Position numbers and translations under genes: made by a program. A stretch of 64,000 nt of DNA from the NCBI RefSeq assembly GCF_964355755.1, contig NC_092677.1:22741175-22805174 (forward strand), given 5' to 3'. Positions 47,547 to 59,450 of this stretch are shown here, one piece after another. Position 1 is the first letter of the stretch. Each line of letters begins with the position of its first letter. The notes below the pieces were generated by a model that was given only the letters and a program-made list of their open reading frames with translations, was not told where the DNA came from and ran no database searches. Source of the DNA: Antedon mediterranea (taxonomy: Eukaryota; Animalia; Echinodermata).

Positions 47547-49993
47547 GACACCATGTGACTTCACGGCACTTGCGAGAAAATTATTCCGCTGTGTGTTGAT
47601 TCGCGTCAACCAATCAAAGGGCGAAAATCCAAAATCGTTCAACCGTGAGACATGCGGAGCGGTCGAATGTGAAGGTTTGATTGGCTTGCGATGACATCAT
47701 ACCATAAAATGGCGTTTTTGTTGAGCCTCTCGGAATTTTCCAAAAATTATTTTTAAAATGGACAAAACAGCTATTTTTCATGGTATATGGGCTGTTACTA
47801 TGAAATATGCGAATTATATAGACCTCATATCGGGATAAAACTGTTTTTTTAGCACTTAAAATTAATATTTTTCTTAGTAACAAGCACATGGTATGTGGAA
47901 CTATATTATCTTGGTGTAGGAATAAAATACATTTTGAGGTCATAAGAGGCTCAACTACAAAAATAAGGTTGAAAATGGTAGGTCATTGAGCCTTCCGAGG
48001 GTTTCGTAGTAAACAAAAGCTATACGCGCTAGGCGATAACGATCTTTTAACCACTATATTAACATTTTTGGGTGAATGAAATGGAAATAAAAAATACTTG
48101 ATCTTATAGAATAATAGGTAAATGAATATTTACTCAAAAGGATATTTTCATAATTAATTTATTTTCAGAATAATTACCTAATAAAAAGTGTTTACCAAAG
48201 TAGAAAAATACCGCGTCAATGACATTGCGCGCATAGTAACGTGCGCGCTGTTTAATCGTGGTAATGAAAATGGAGTCAGCTCTCGGTATCCCTATTATTG
48301 TTGATTTCCTAGGTTAGAAAATGCGGGTCCTCCTAAATACCAAGACCTACCAAGACCTGTCAATGTAAAGTGTTAATTTAACGAAATATGATATAGACTT
48401 CTAATCGCATTTCCAACAATAAAACCTCAATTTTAGTGTGATATAGACACCAAAAATGTTAAATAATCGACTAGCTTCGCTTCGAGTTGATGCATACATT
48501 GCGTTAGTCTGGGCTCCAGACAGAGTTTTCTCTTAATTTTAGTAAAAATATAAATATTTTTGCACATATGGCGTTTTATACGTGTATTACTTGAGTTTGG
48601 ATACTCCATCTGGGGAAACACGCAAAAGTCACATGGTTTGACACCAAGAATTCTTGGTACATAGATTATCCAGTTGACTAGTTTCAGCCGCATGCGATTG
48701 GCTACTCACGCATACGCTGTTTTAATATTATTCATATTTTAGAATTTCAAAGACTCAACAACTAAGATGTAGCGCATGCGCTATGTTACGTTTAGAGTAG
48801 ACAATGTGTGGAGACGTACACACGTGTGTACTTTTGTACATCATTGATGAAAGTTTCTAAAGGCTAGAAATGATTTTATATGTCCAGTAGTCTGGTAAAC
48901 ATTTGATGGGATTTTCTCCAAGAACATGAAAACTCTTCTTGTTAATGATAGGCATAGCTTCCTCGCAAATCATACATTGAATGGATTTATTTATATGCAG
49001 AGATTATTTAATTCCTCCTAGCCTGTCCTGTCTGTGTGGTGGTGTAACTCTGTTGTGTGCTGGTGGTGGTATATGTACCTTATTGACGTTTTATGGCAGG
49101 TCATAGGCCTACGTACGAGTTGAGTTGGCCTACAAAGGAGGCCTAGACAATTAATAAACAAAACAATTTGTCAACACGATTTATATTTCAACAGTTGTTC
49201 AGTCTCGATTGTACCGTACGTCGATATTTTCATTCTAAAACAAAATGATCATCGGTTGGTTCGAAATCTATATTTACATACCGCCCGCCCCATATAGCCA
49301 AATACGGTATGATAACCTACAGTATGTCATTCTTATCGGATGTTTGCAGTCTGCAAAACGATTTCTATACGTGTACTGTTTCACAAGTCTGTATTTTCAG
49401 ACAAAAATCAAAACGACGACGTGTGGAATGACTTTAAAAAAGACAATAAATACAGACTTGGAGCAAGTCTAACATTGTGTCACAAATGTCTGTATTGCGT
49501 CAACTACAGTAGTATGGCTCACTGACACTCGACGCAGCTAGTCGTAGTATAGGCCTACTGTGTTGTAGGCCTACATTTAACATTTTTGGTGTCTTTGTCG
49601 CGCTAAAATTTAGGTTTTTATTGTTGGAAATGTTATTAGATTAGAAGTCTATATATCATATTTCGTTAAATTAACACTTTAAATTGACAGGTCTTGGTAG
49701 GTCTTGGTATTTAGGAGGACCCAGAAAATGCTGCCATCATGTTTTTTTTTCACGCATTTCGCATGAGGAAGCTAAAGCAAGTAACAGTTATACTGTAGTA
49801 ACAGTTTTGCGACTTTGTAAACTCAACTATAATTTATTGATCCCAGCTGCTGGACCCAAAAAACGTCTGGGATAAGATAGTCTATGAAGGCTCACGGTTG
49901 AACGATTTTGGATCCTCGCCATTTAATTGGTTGACGCGAATCAACAGACTGGGAAGAATATTCAAACTTATACCGCCGTGAAGTCACGTTGTC
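47547..49993. mobile_element. Older TIR element hosting the MULE-like insertion
   Basis: ~100-bp imperfect inverted repeats GTGACTTCACGGC...TTGATTCGCGTCAACCAAT...AAAATCGTTCAACCGTGAG (47555-47650) versus 49891-49990. No TSD seen. Confidence 0.6.
48325..49722. mobile_element. MULE-like non-autonomous element, 1.4 kb, 9-bp TSD
   Basis: AGAAAATGC|GGGTCCTCCTAAATACCAAGACCTACCAAGACCTGTCAAT...ATTGACAGGTCTTGGTAGGTCTTGGTATTTAGGAGGACCC|AGAAAATGC, with ~140-bp TIRs. Confidence 0.88.
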
Positions 49994-50167
49994 TCTAGAG
50001 GGTATTCAGTTGCATGCCTACAGGTTGAGGTCACAAACACACACAGCACATGATGCTTTTTTTTTTATGCAATTTCATTTTTTAAAAGAAAGAAATTCAG
50101 AAATCAGGGAGTTGGTAATTAGTATTAAGACCTCTCTGGTAAGACCAACATATGACCATGGACAACA

Positions 50168-50253
50168 TGTAAACCAACCCTTCCTGACCACCTGTAAACC
50201 ACCCCTTTCTGACCACCTGTAAACCACCCCTTCCCGACCACCTGTAAACCACC
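50168..50253. repeat. ~25-bp tandem repeat (TGTAAACCACCCCTTCCTGACCACC) x ~3.5
   Basis: Direct units visible. Confidence 0.75.
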
Positions 50254-51845
50254 AGAATATAGCCTTATACACTATTGGATTAAAGGAAAATTTTTCAAAA
50301 TCAATTTATCATTTTCAGTTCATACACAGAGGAATCCCTGGCTACAGTCCACTCCAAAATGTGGACAAATTTCGATAACTGTGTGGACCACAGCAATATA
50401 GTGTAGCAAAATATCTACATCATAGTGAACATTTTAGGATTAGATAGCTAGCATTAAGCAACTGCCGAACTAGATCCCTGAATCTTCCTCCTAATGATGA
50501 TTAGAATCAGTGAAAAAGTTGTTACATTTAATAGTAAAGGTACTATGGTAAATACTATAGAGAAGTCAAGTGTATTTGTACTGTTATTGCATAACATAAA
50601 AGAGACGGCCATCATATGAAAACTAAAATTGAAATGCTCTTGGCTGCTTTTTAAGCCTTAACAAAATAAAATGATTGCATTGCACTTCTGTGTTAAACGG
50701 CAAGTCATATTAATGAAAGCTGTTCATATTAAAATCTTTTAGTTTTACTTTGTGGATTATCTTACAAATCATGCCAGCGTTTATGCAATTATTTCATTTG
50801 TGTCTAAAGTCTATTTTTCATGCTGTTCAAATGGTGTAAGTTAGCAAGCTGACATAAGTAAAGTGACCTCAAGACTGACCTGGATGTGCCAGCTAGTCAT
50901 AACACATTCACCTATTCATCATGCCTCAGTGACTCAACATACCAAAAAACAATGTGAATAAACAAAACTCATTTTAATTTTTTAATTTAATTGCTAAAAA
51001 TCAAATTGATGAATACATCTGCTGATTTGTGTGTAAAGAATTGCTCTAAATAAAAATGTGTACAGCCACCATGTATCACTATCCGGGTCATAATGGGATT
51101 TATTACATTATTACTAGAGAGCTTAGATCAACCATGGTAGATACATCCCTAATATACCTGTTTATAGAACTACCCGTCTTAAGACCTCGCCTGCCCTTAC
51201 TATAAGTAGAATCCTTAATTTAAACAATACTTAAAATGATCACATGCTGACGATGTCATACTGTAAATATTTACATATATAGGCCTATGCATTTGTACAG
51301 TATATACATTTTTCAACACAATTTATTTTTTAACTGACTTGTTCAAATTTTTAAATGTTTTGTATAAATTATATATATTTTTTTGATATTTGTGTTTGCA
51401 TATATATATTTTTGTATATCAACAATTTCAGCCTTCGGGCTGCATTTTTTTACTATATAAACCTGAATAAATAAATATGAAATCAAACAACTCCGGGGTA
51501 AAAAACAGCGGGGTTGAACAGCTGAACCTTCTCCGGAGGGCGATGGCCCTCTGAGACTTTTGGAAATAATTATTAAATTAAACAGATTATCAATTAAAAC
51601 GATTCTAATGATTGTCGTTATGTAAACAAACAAAATAGAGGGCGAAATTTACAATTTTATTTTATAAACCCTGGTGTTGCTAGGTTTGTGTTAATGGTAT
51701 CTCCAGAGTTTCTTAAGGCTTTGAATGGTCATCCAGAGTTTTGGTGTAAAAGGAGTATTATTAATATTTAGCAAATCGAATTGTTCAACACTTAAAAAAC
51801 ATACAAGTACATGTACAAGTGGTAATAATGGTCAGTGTACACTAG

Positions 51846-51980
51846 TGAACATAGGAAAATAGGGGAATAAACATAAAGGAATGAACAAGGAAAATGAACA
51901 TAGGGAATGAACATAGGAAAATGAACATAGGGAATGAACATAGGAAAATGAACATAAGGGAATGAGCATAAAGAAAACAT
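51846..51980. repeat. 13-14-bp minisatellite (GAACATAGGGAAT/GAACATAGGAAAAT)
   Basis: About 9 direct units. Confidence 0.8.
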
Positions 51981-53692
51981 GCCTCTTGTGACTACACCTC
52001 TTGTGACTACATTATGATGTGGTCAAAACAATTAATTATTATTGTACATATACCTGCATTGTCAATCGCACAACATTCAGTACTTTCGTGGCCATGTTTT
52101 GATGCAACTAAATATATTGATCATCTGGAAAGTAGCTAAATGTGCTGTTTGAGATTGCACATTTTCTTTAAACATTTTGTTTGAACTATGACGTCAAATT
52201 ACAAAAAATAAATCGGATTTGAATATAAAAATAATCTATTTTTCACAAACAAAAATAGTTTGGTAATAATGTTAAAAGGATTGTGTTTAATCTTGTGTGT
52301 TGTTTAAGACGTTAAATTCCATGATGTTTTGTTGTTTTTTGTGTGCGAATATTTTCTTGCTAATTTTTTTTGTGAGTATGAGATTTGAAACTGATTATGT
52401 ATAAATTTGTGTTTGTCTAATGTATCTTTGAAATTAACCTATACATTAGCTACAGAACTATTGAAAATACTGTGAGGCTGACACTGATAGAAAACAAGAT
52501 TTTGATCTACAGTAGGAAAATATTGTTTTAATTTAAATCAATTTTTTGTTGTCATAAAATATTGGGACCATTAAATGTAGCAATAAATATAAAGGCTGTA
52601 ATTTCGCAAAGATGCGTTAAATGTAATCATTTTATAAAATGTGACAATCTGCTGGAGAATTGGGGTGGGGGTGAAAATTGAAAATTTCAGACGAGGTGAG
52701 TGCTTTGTCTGCCTCATGCTGGCTACGGCCCTGAATACCACATGGTTTTACACCAAATATTAGTACCAGTCTCTTTTTGTATATACTATATAGGTATTCA
52801 TAATTTAAATTGATTACTCGTTATAGCCGGAAGTTATCTACATAATGTACTAACATAACAAGGAAGTGAAAGAACTAGATGCAAACACTGATTCATAGTT
52901 CAATATTGAAATATGTGAGTGATTGTACATGATGAATAGAACATTTAACTTGGCATTGCCACTGTAGTAGTGTACAGTATGATTGCTTATCTTGATTTTA
53001 GTAGGCCTATTCGGTATCTTTATTCAATCAATCATATAAAAATATACAGCATAAAACACTGAATTGCAATATTTATTTGTACAAAAATAATTAATATTAT
53101 GCTAATTACACATGAATACAAAGAACAAACACAATAAAAAGAAAGAGCATGCTACACACTCAAATTTTTTTTAATAATCTCCCAGATGTCTAAGATTTTA
53201 ATGCCTACTCGATCAATTTCATTAGATATGGGATAGGGCTATTTTGTAAACAGTCAGTGAACCAGTGGCAAAAGCGTTTTTCGAGAAGAATTTTTTATTA
53301 GCGAATTTTTTGCAAAATTCAGACTCTAGATTTGAGATCAAGTATATCAAGAGCATCCTGGTATAGAGTACCACAATATAGTACTGCCAATTGTTTAACA
53401 ATTTCTGATAGCTTACATTCACTTTTAAACTACTAAATTGTACATGACAGTATTATTATATAGTTTTATAAACAAACACCGAAAAAATTTAGTGAGCCAT
53501 TAGGATTCAATATTTAAAACAAATTTTTTTATCTTCAGAAATGAAAAATAAATTTTGAAATATTGAATTATAATGACTTTCCTCACTTTTTTCATAGTTT
53601 GTTTTTTAACCATATCAAACTTATTACTGGACCCTGGTTATAGTCCTTGAAAGATGACTGGCATAGTTAAATTAAAACTTATTCAGGAATAA

Positions 53693-56600
53693 TAGTACAG
53701 GAAAGATATGCTCAGAATCAGTAAAAGGTTGAAAAAATTGCAACAGAATTTTTTTCACCACAATGCATTTCTATAAGGTTCCTATATGAACATACTAAAA
53801 GTCTAGAAAAATCCAGGTAGGGGAAATAGGTTTTTTTAAACAAAATGGCCGCCAATGGCGAAAAATGTCTAAAAATGAATAAAAAACATATATTGTATAA
53901 ATCTAATTACCACTTGATAGCAGTTTTTATAATGCTTTTTATATTTCTTTAGTGTCAAACATTTAAACTGCAATATACATATTAATTTAAGTGCTATTTA
54001 GCAGCAAAAACACACATTTAAGTATCAAGATATCACCACGGTTATAAAAATAGACAACGTAGTCTTATGCATTATAATGCAGGACTACTGTGTCTAATAA
54101 CAGTTCATTTACATTTTTACTGTCACAACAATAGAATTATACAATCTTACAATCTATTAATCCATTCATTTTCATTGTCCAGTTATCATCCTCTGTCTAT
54201 AGGTAGGAATTAAGCATGTGCTGATGCCGTGGTATTCGTCACAAACAGTGGCACTGGTGGTAAATTTGTCATCAATGGACATATCATGCCATTTGTAACT
54301 TTCCATCCCCCAGTCTGTGGGTTGAAGAGTATTTTCTATCCATGGCTTTACCATGGTAATATACACGCAGGGAATGACATTTTGCAGCATTTGTTGTTGG
54401 GGGAATAGACTTTATTTCAAGTGCTGTTTTGCTTTTTGCTACTTTCTCCCAGAACGTATTCCTCCATACAGTATAGCTACCAATGCCAATTTCTCTGATG
54501 CGATGGTTTCTTTTTTTTGGAGACGTTTTGTTTTACAGAGTTTGTAAGCATACTACTGCCCAGGTGTTATGACTTTTTAAGACTAAAACCTTTTCCTATA
54601 CCAAATAGATGGGATGTAGTATCACATCCCTGGATTCCATGTATAAAAAGCAAATTAATTTTTACAGAGCTTCACACCAAAAAAAGACTTTACATGCATT
54701 CACAGTGCTCCCCCATCGAGAACATACGATATTAAATCAATGAATGAAGCAACCGTGACAGAATATTAATTTAACATATTATTACACATGGGTCAAAATC
54801 AACCATATTCATCAATAGAGAAGCAGTGCACATTCCCTCACATATACTATTTCATCACTGATGATGGCTATGTGAGACAGTCATACACCATGCATCATTT
54901 GTTGAAAAAGAACCTTGTACTTTTCCTGCAGCCCTCTTTTACTCCATTGACTCCATACACACTACTAGACTACTCAGAATCCTTCATCTCACTGCCTACT
55001 GTATGTTATCAATGGGGGAGCACTGCTACATCAAACCTCTTGGCCCGAAACAGCAACATTTCAAGACATTTATTATGTACCATGTATGTTTGTTACGTTA
55101 TGCGAAGGCAAAGTAAACTCTTGTGTTTAATGGGTATAATTATGGGCCATAAGTAAATTTGGTTTAGGAAAAGGTGTTGGTCTTAAAAAGCATCACATCA
55201 CAGTTGGAGTTGTATGTCAAATTCTGTAAACCAAACAGTTTCCAAAAAAAAAGAAAACAATGCATCAGGAATTTGGCATTGGTAGCTATATATGGAGCCC
55301 ATTTTTTTTTGAGAAAGTTGCAAAAAGCAAATCTATTCCCTTGCTGCAAAATTTCCTTTCGTGAGTCTTTATTACCAGGTATAGCAGTGGATAGGAAATA
55401 CTCTTCAACCCACAGACTAGGGATGGAAAGTATTGATGACAAATTTACTACCAGCACCACCAGAGAAACTATTAAAGTTGATTAGATGTACCTGTAAATA
55501 AGGTTGTAGTAAAATAAATTGCAGCTGCAGAAAATATGGTTTGGACTGCTGCTCCACTATTTTTTAAGAATGCCACGGCATCAGCACATGCTCAATTCCC
55601 CACCAATAGATGGAGGATGAGATACTGACAAGATGTAAGTGAAATGACCACATTTATTTGAATAAATGCCCTTGGTGGTTGATTTTTAAGGAGGGTAGTC
55701 GGGGCGTGTAATCGTGGTGTGGAGTTTATTCGGAGAGAGGCGTTTATTTTTGTGGGTGTAATGTGGTAACATGTATAATCAAATAAATACACCCTTTAGA
55801 TATGAACAAATACAACACCATCATGTCATTCAGTGAATTCTATTACAAATAGAGATGTGTTAAAATACAATATTGTGTATAATATGCATGTGGTGGAGCG
55901 TACATTCGAGGAAATAAATTCAAAATGATGTCAGATTGAGGAGGGGGAGGACTTGCGGTGGCGTAGGTTATTCAATTTTTCTAAATGTAGCGTTTATCCG
56001 AATAAATACGGTAATAGATTGTAGTCTAGTGATGGCGCAAGGATTTTCCTGATGAGGGGGGGGGGGGTGAGAGCGCAGCTAGCATCAATTGGCTGGGCCA
56101 TCAATGAGAGCGGACCCAGAAGTTCCGACAATATTATACCGGTAAAGTTTTAGTCACTTTTAAAAATGAAAATCCTTGAAACGGCACTCAATGGGGTATT
56201 GTTTTATATTAGGAAATATCATCATATTGTCTACATATACTCCCGAAAATAACCAATTGGGGAGAGGGGTTGGTGCGGACAGACTCCTCACCCTTCCCAT
56301 ATGATCTCCCATCCCTATACTCCTCTCCTCTGGCACCACCAATGTTGTAATATATTGTTATAACAGTACAAATGTATTATTGACACCGTAATCCTATGCA
56401 TTAAGCATAGGAATTAAGGACTGCGTTTTATATATTATAACAATAGGGATATATCTAGATACTTAAACATTTGTTTTTCGGCCATTTTCTAATTAACAGC
56501 ACTTAAAATAATGTGTATATTGTAGTTCAGATCTTCGAAACTGTAAAGAAATATATAAACCATTGTAAAAACTGTTATAAAGTGGTAATTAGATCTATCA

Positions 56601-56790
56601 TTTATGTTTTTTTTGTCCTTTTTTAGGCATTTTTTCCATTGGCGGCCATTTTGTTTAAAAAACCTATTTCCCCTACCTGGATTTTTCTAGACTTTTAGTA
56701 TGTTCATATAGGGACCTTATAGAAATGCATTGTGGTGAAATAAATTCTGTTGCAATTTTTTCAACCATATTTCATAGTTTTCCTGTACTA
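53693..56790. mobile_element. Academ (AcademX-like) transposon derivative, 3.1 kb, with decayed XPG-like nuclease and Cys-rich remnants in both arms
   Basis: TAA|TAGTACAGGAAA...TTTCCTGTACTA|TAA (TAG..CTA termini, 3-bp TSD, ~400-bp TIRs). The minus strand at 54720-54570 encodes YVLDGGAL and LLFIHGIQGCDTTSHLFGIGKGF. The plus strand at 55002-55600 encodes YVINGGALLHQTSWPETATFQDIY, FGLGKG and IRCTCK..GCSKINCSCRKYGLDCCS. Confidence 0.85.
55648..56012. mobile_element. Degenerate pogo-like MITE nested in the Academ right arm
   Basis: CCACATTTATTTGAATAAATGC ... GCGTTTATCCGAATAAATACGG|TA. Confidence 0.5.
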
Positions 56791-57139
56791 TAATAAGTTT
56801 ATAATTTAAAGTGTTTTTTTTTGTCACTATAATTTTTTAATTAATTATCCATTTACATAACATTCATTATTTGTCACTAGTTAATTAAAGGCCCATCAAA
56901 TAAAATTTATGACTTTAGAGTTAAGCAAATACGCACATGCAAATACTGAAGAGTGGGTACAAATTTCACACAAACCTGAATGTGCTGCAATACATACCAC
57001 CTGAATATTGCAATGCACCAAATCCTTAGGATGGATGAAAATAATGCATAGGACATAATTATCAACCAATCAAATGGCATTAAGATAAACTGATGATTTG
57101 TTGTCCTACCAATTATACAGTAAGGTTTTTTGTTAGCAT

Positions 57140-57400
57140 TTTGTTATGCCTTTCTTTCATGTGCAATCTTCAATCCCAAGGTTCCAAATTGTGACCGTCC
57201 AATCGTCCCTGTCCTCTGCCATCTGTTTGACTTCAGCGTAGGTTCCCAGTCCAGTTCACTCTTTGATGTCATCCATTCACAATCTCCTTGGTCTTCCCCT
57301 GCTTTTCCTCCCACAGATCTTTCCCTCAAGTGTAAGCTTTAACAATGGGCCACAGCTTCCTCTAATTACAGGTGTGTGTCCTGCGTATCTTAATTTCCTT
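57140..57400 (-). mobile_element. RTE LINE 3' fragment (continuation of 58560-58900)
   Basis: The minus strand reads RKLRYAGH..IRGSCGPLLKLTLEGKICGRKSRGRPRRL*MDDIKE, a typical RTE ORF tail. Confidence 0.75.
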
Positions 57401-57653
57401 TCATTCATTCATTCATTCATCTTTTATTTCGGGAAAAAAAGTATATCTCCATGGCTCAAGAACAAATTAGTGTCTACATTATTATAAAAATATAAAGGAA
57501 ACAAAAATATATATATATATATATAAATCCAAAGGCAAATTACTGAAAAAATGACAATGCTGTGGGTATCAGTGGCTGGATCTCAATGGAGATACAAAAA
57601 AAAAGAAAGTGAAAAGCTAAATCAAAATGATAAAGTAAAACAGTCAGAAAAGT

Positions 57654-57694
57654 TAGCAGAGCTTTTGGGCAACACTAGCCCTTCATCAGTGCAA
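57654..57694 (-). ncRNA. Penelope-type minimal type I hammerhead ribozyme (mutated)
   Basis: Minus strand TTGCA-CTGATGA-A-GGGC-TAGTGTT-GCCC-AAAA-GCTC-TGCTA: CUGAUGA core, stem II GGGC/GCCC, palindromic AGCT stem III, stem I TTGCA/TGCTA. The GAAA box reads AAAA. Confidence 0.65.
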
Positions 57695-57829
57695 GTGAAG
57701 GAATATATATATATATCAGTTTGATGTCTGTTGCGCGTGCGTACAACTGAGGACTAGTGCTGTTCCGCCTTACCACGCAGAGAATGTTAAAGAGTCGCTA
57801 TCCAATCGAGTTTGAACAATATCATGAAA

Positions 57830-57901
57830 GCCCCAGTGGTCGAATGGTTAGGGCAACTGCATATCAAGCAGACGGTCCGAGTTCGAGTCCCGGTTGGGTC
57901 G
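57830..57901 (+). ncRNA. tRNA-like Pol III unit (anticodon position ATC) with T5 terminator
   Basis: A box TGGTCGAATGG and B box GTTCGAGTC; cloverleaf with one mismatch in each stem; followed by ACTTTTT. Confidence 0.55.
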
Positions 57902-58257
57902 ACTTTTTCTCATTCTCACAGATTTCCTCATCTTTATCGTTTCAAATTAATTTATTAAATTTCAGTATATCACCAGGCGGTTTAGAATTAATGTTCGTTG
58001 CCTACTGTGTTTATATATATATAAATATATTTTAAAAAACCTACGCCACATAGTCACATGGTTAAAACTATAGCTTCATCCATCTACCATGTAGATTGGA
58101 TAAAGGAAGAGAAAATTCATAAATAAATTTTGTGACAATATTGCCTGTCCTCTCCAACCTGCACAACATGCCATACACCACCTTACGTTTTAGTTTGTAG
58201 AACAAGCAGATGTGGTTTTCTACAAACATGGTGCTGGCACTGCATGACCTAGGTTTA

Positions 58258-58555
58258 TTAAGGAGCAGGCGTAAAGACGTTGTTGAAGCACACCTTTAGT
58301 GCTTCCATAGATTTTACATTAAAATTTGCCCACAGAGAAGCACAGTATAAGTTATTACAATATGTGTTAAGCAAAAAACACTTTTTTTTTTTTGAGCATT
58401 TTGAGAAAGTTCTACATAGTGTATTACCTCTAATGCACAATGACCTGTACTGTCGTTTGATATCTGTATCATCTTTCAAATCGGGTGTCAAAGTGTGACC
58501 CAAGTAATTAAAAACTCTAACAATGGCAAGTTCCGACTCAAATAAGTTTGACTTT
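58258..58555 (-). mobile_element. RTEX-like LINE C-terminal fragment (its 3' tail is probably the (ATGA)n at ~57401-57420)
   Basis: FNYLGHTLTPDLKDDTDIKRQYRSLCIRGNTLCRTFSKCS...LLNTYCNNLYCASLW, the post-RT region typical of RTEX-type elements. Confidence 0.7.
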
Positions 58556-58900
58556 AAACCAGTTGTGATTCTTTCTTTCACACCAACTGCTCTCAGGATA
58601 TCCTCATTTTTGCGGTGTTCTTTTCTTGAGATTCTCAGAATTCTCCTATAGCACCACATTTTAAAGAATTTTATTTTCTTCATGTTTTTCTTTGAGTATA
58701 TCCATGCTTCACATCCATAATTGAAGACCGAGTATACATAGCAATTAATCATACATTTCTTTGTTTCCAGTCCGATGTTCTTTTGCCAAAATTTCATATG
58801 GCCTTTTCTATTCTGATCTCAATTTCTTTTGGTTATGTCTCCATTGGTACATATTGTATGTCCTTCATAGTAATTTCAGAGCAACAAAACATCTCCACTC
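58556..58900 (-). mobile_element. RTE LINE fragment
   Basis: CYVYSVFNYGCEAWIYSKKNMKKIKFFKMWCYRRILRISRKEHRKNEDIL, a typical RTE post-RT segment. Confidence 0.8.
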
Positions 58901-59422
58901 TGTTGGACCAACAATAAAACTCTGCTGAGTTTTATTTTGATTTAAAATTATATTTAAATTTTACTCTCACGAATAAATAAGTAGTAAAAGTAATAGTTAT
59001 CAGGGCTCGCAGAATCGCTTGCCCGACGTCCCGCGGCAACCAAATAAATACGTCGGGCAACTAAAATTTAACATGTCATGTCCCGACGGGCAACCTCTTA
59101 AAATCACCGAAAATGTCCACGATGTTTTACAGGGGTTGTGAAAAACTGTAACAATGAAAATAATAGTCGCGCACGAACGAATTCTCTTGACGTCGAGACC
59201 AGTGTAGTGTTTGTTAAGTAAATGTATGGATCGGAATTCGGTGGTATGGAACGTTATCTCCAGGAGCCAAAACATGTGTTTCTATGCAGTCGGGCGTATC
59301 AAGTCGTTTGCGTATAGAGTTTCCAGGTCTGTCATATAGCACGCGGTCTCTTGCGGCATCCATTGATCGCGAAATAGGAAGCGTTGAACTCTCGGCTTTT
59401 AACTTATTTGAAGTTATTATAC

Positions 59423-59450
59423 CAGGGAGTTTCTAATTAACAACTCCCTA
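59423..59450. mobile_element. 28-bp TIR-only P-like remnant
   Basis: ATTATAC|CAGGGAGTTTCTAATTAACAACTCCCTA|GTTATAC (6/7 TSD match). Same terminus as 844-859. Confidence 0.5.

Noticed and set aside
54858-54900. CTGATGA as a hammerhead core
   Set aside because: A weak stem II is possible, but no GAAA box or stem I follows.
57747-57790. CTGAGGA as a second hammerhead in the tRNA cassette
   Set aside because: No stem II closed by GAAA can be formed.
58258-58797. 179-aa ORF as a host gene
   Set aside because: In-frame junction of RTE and RTEX LINE fragments lacking the RT catalytic core.
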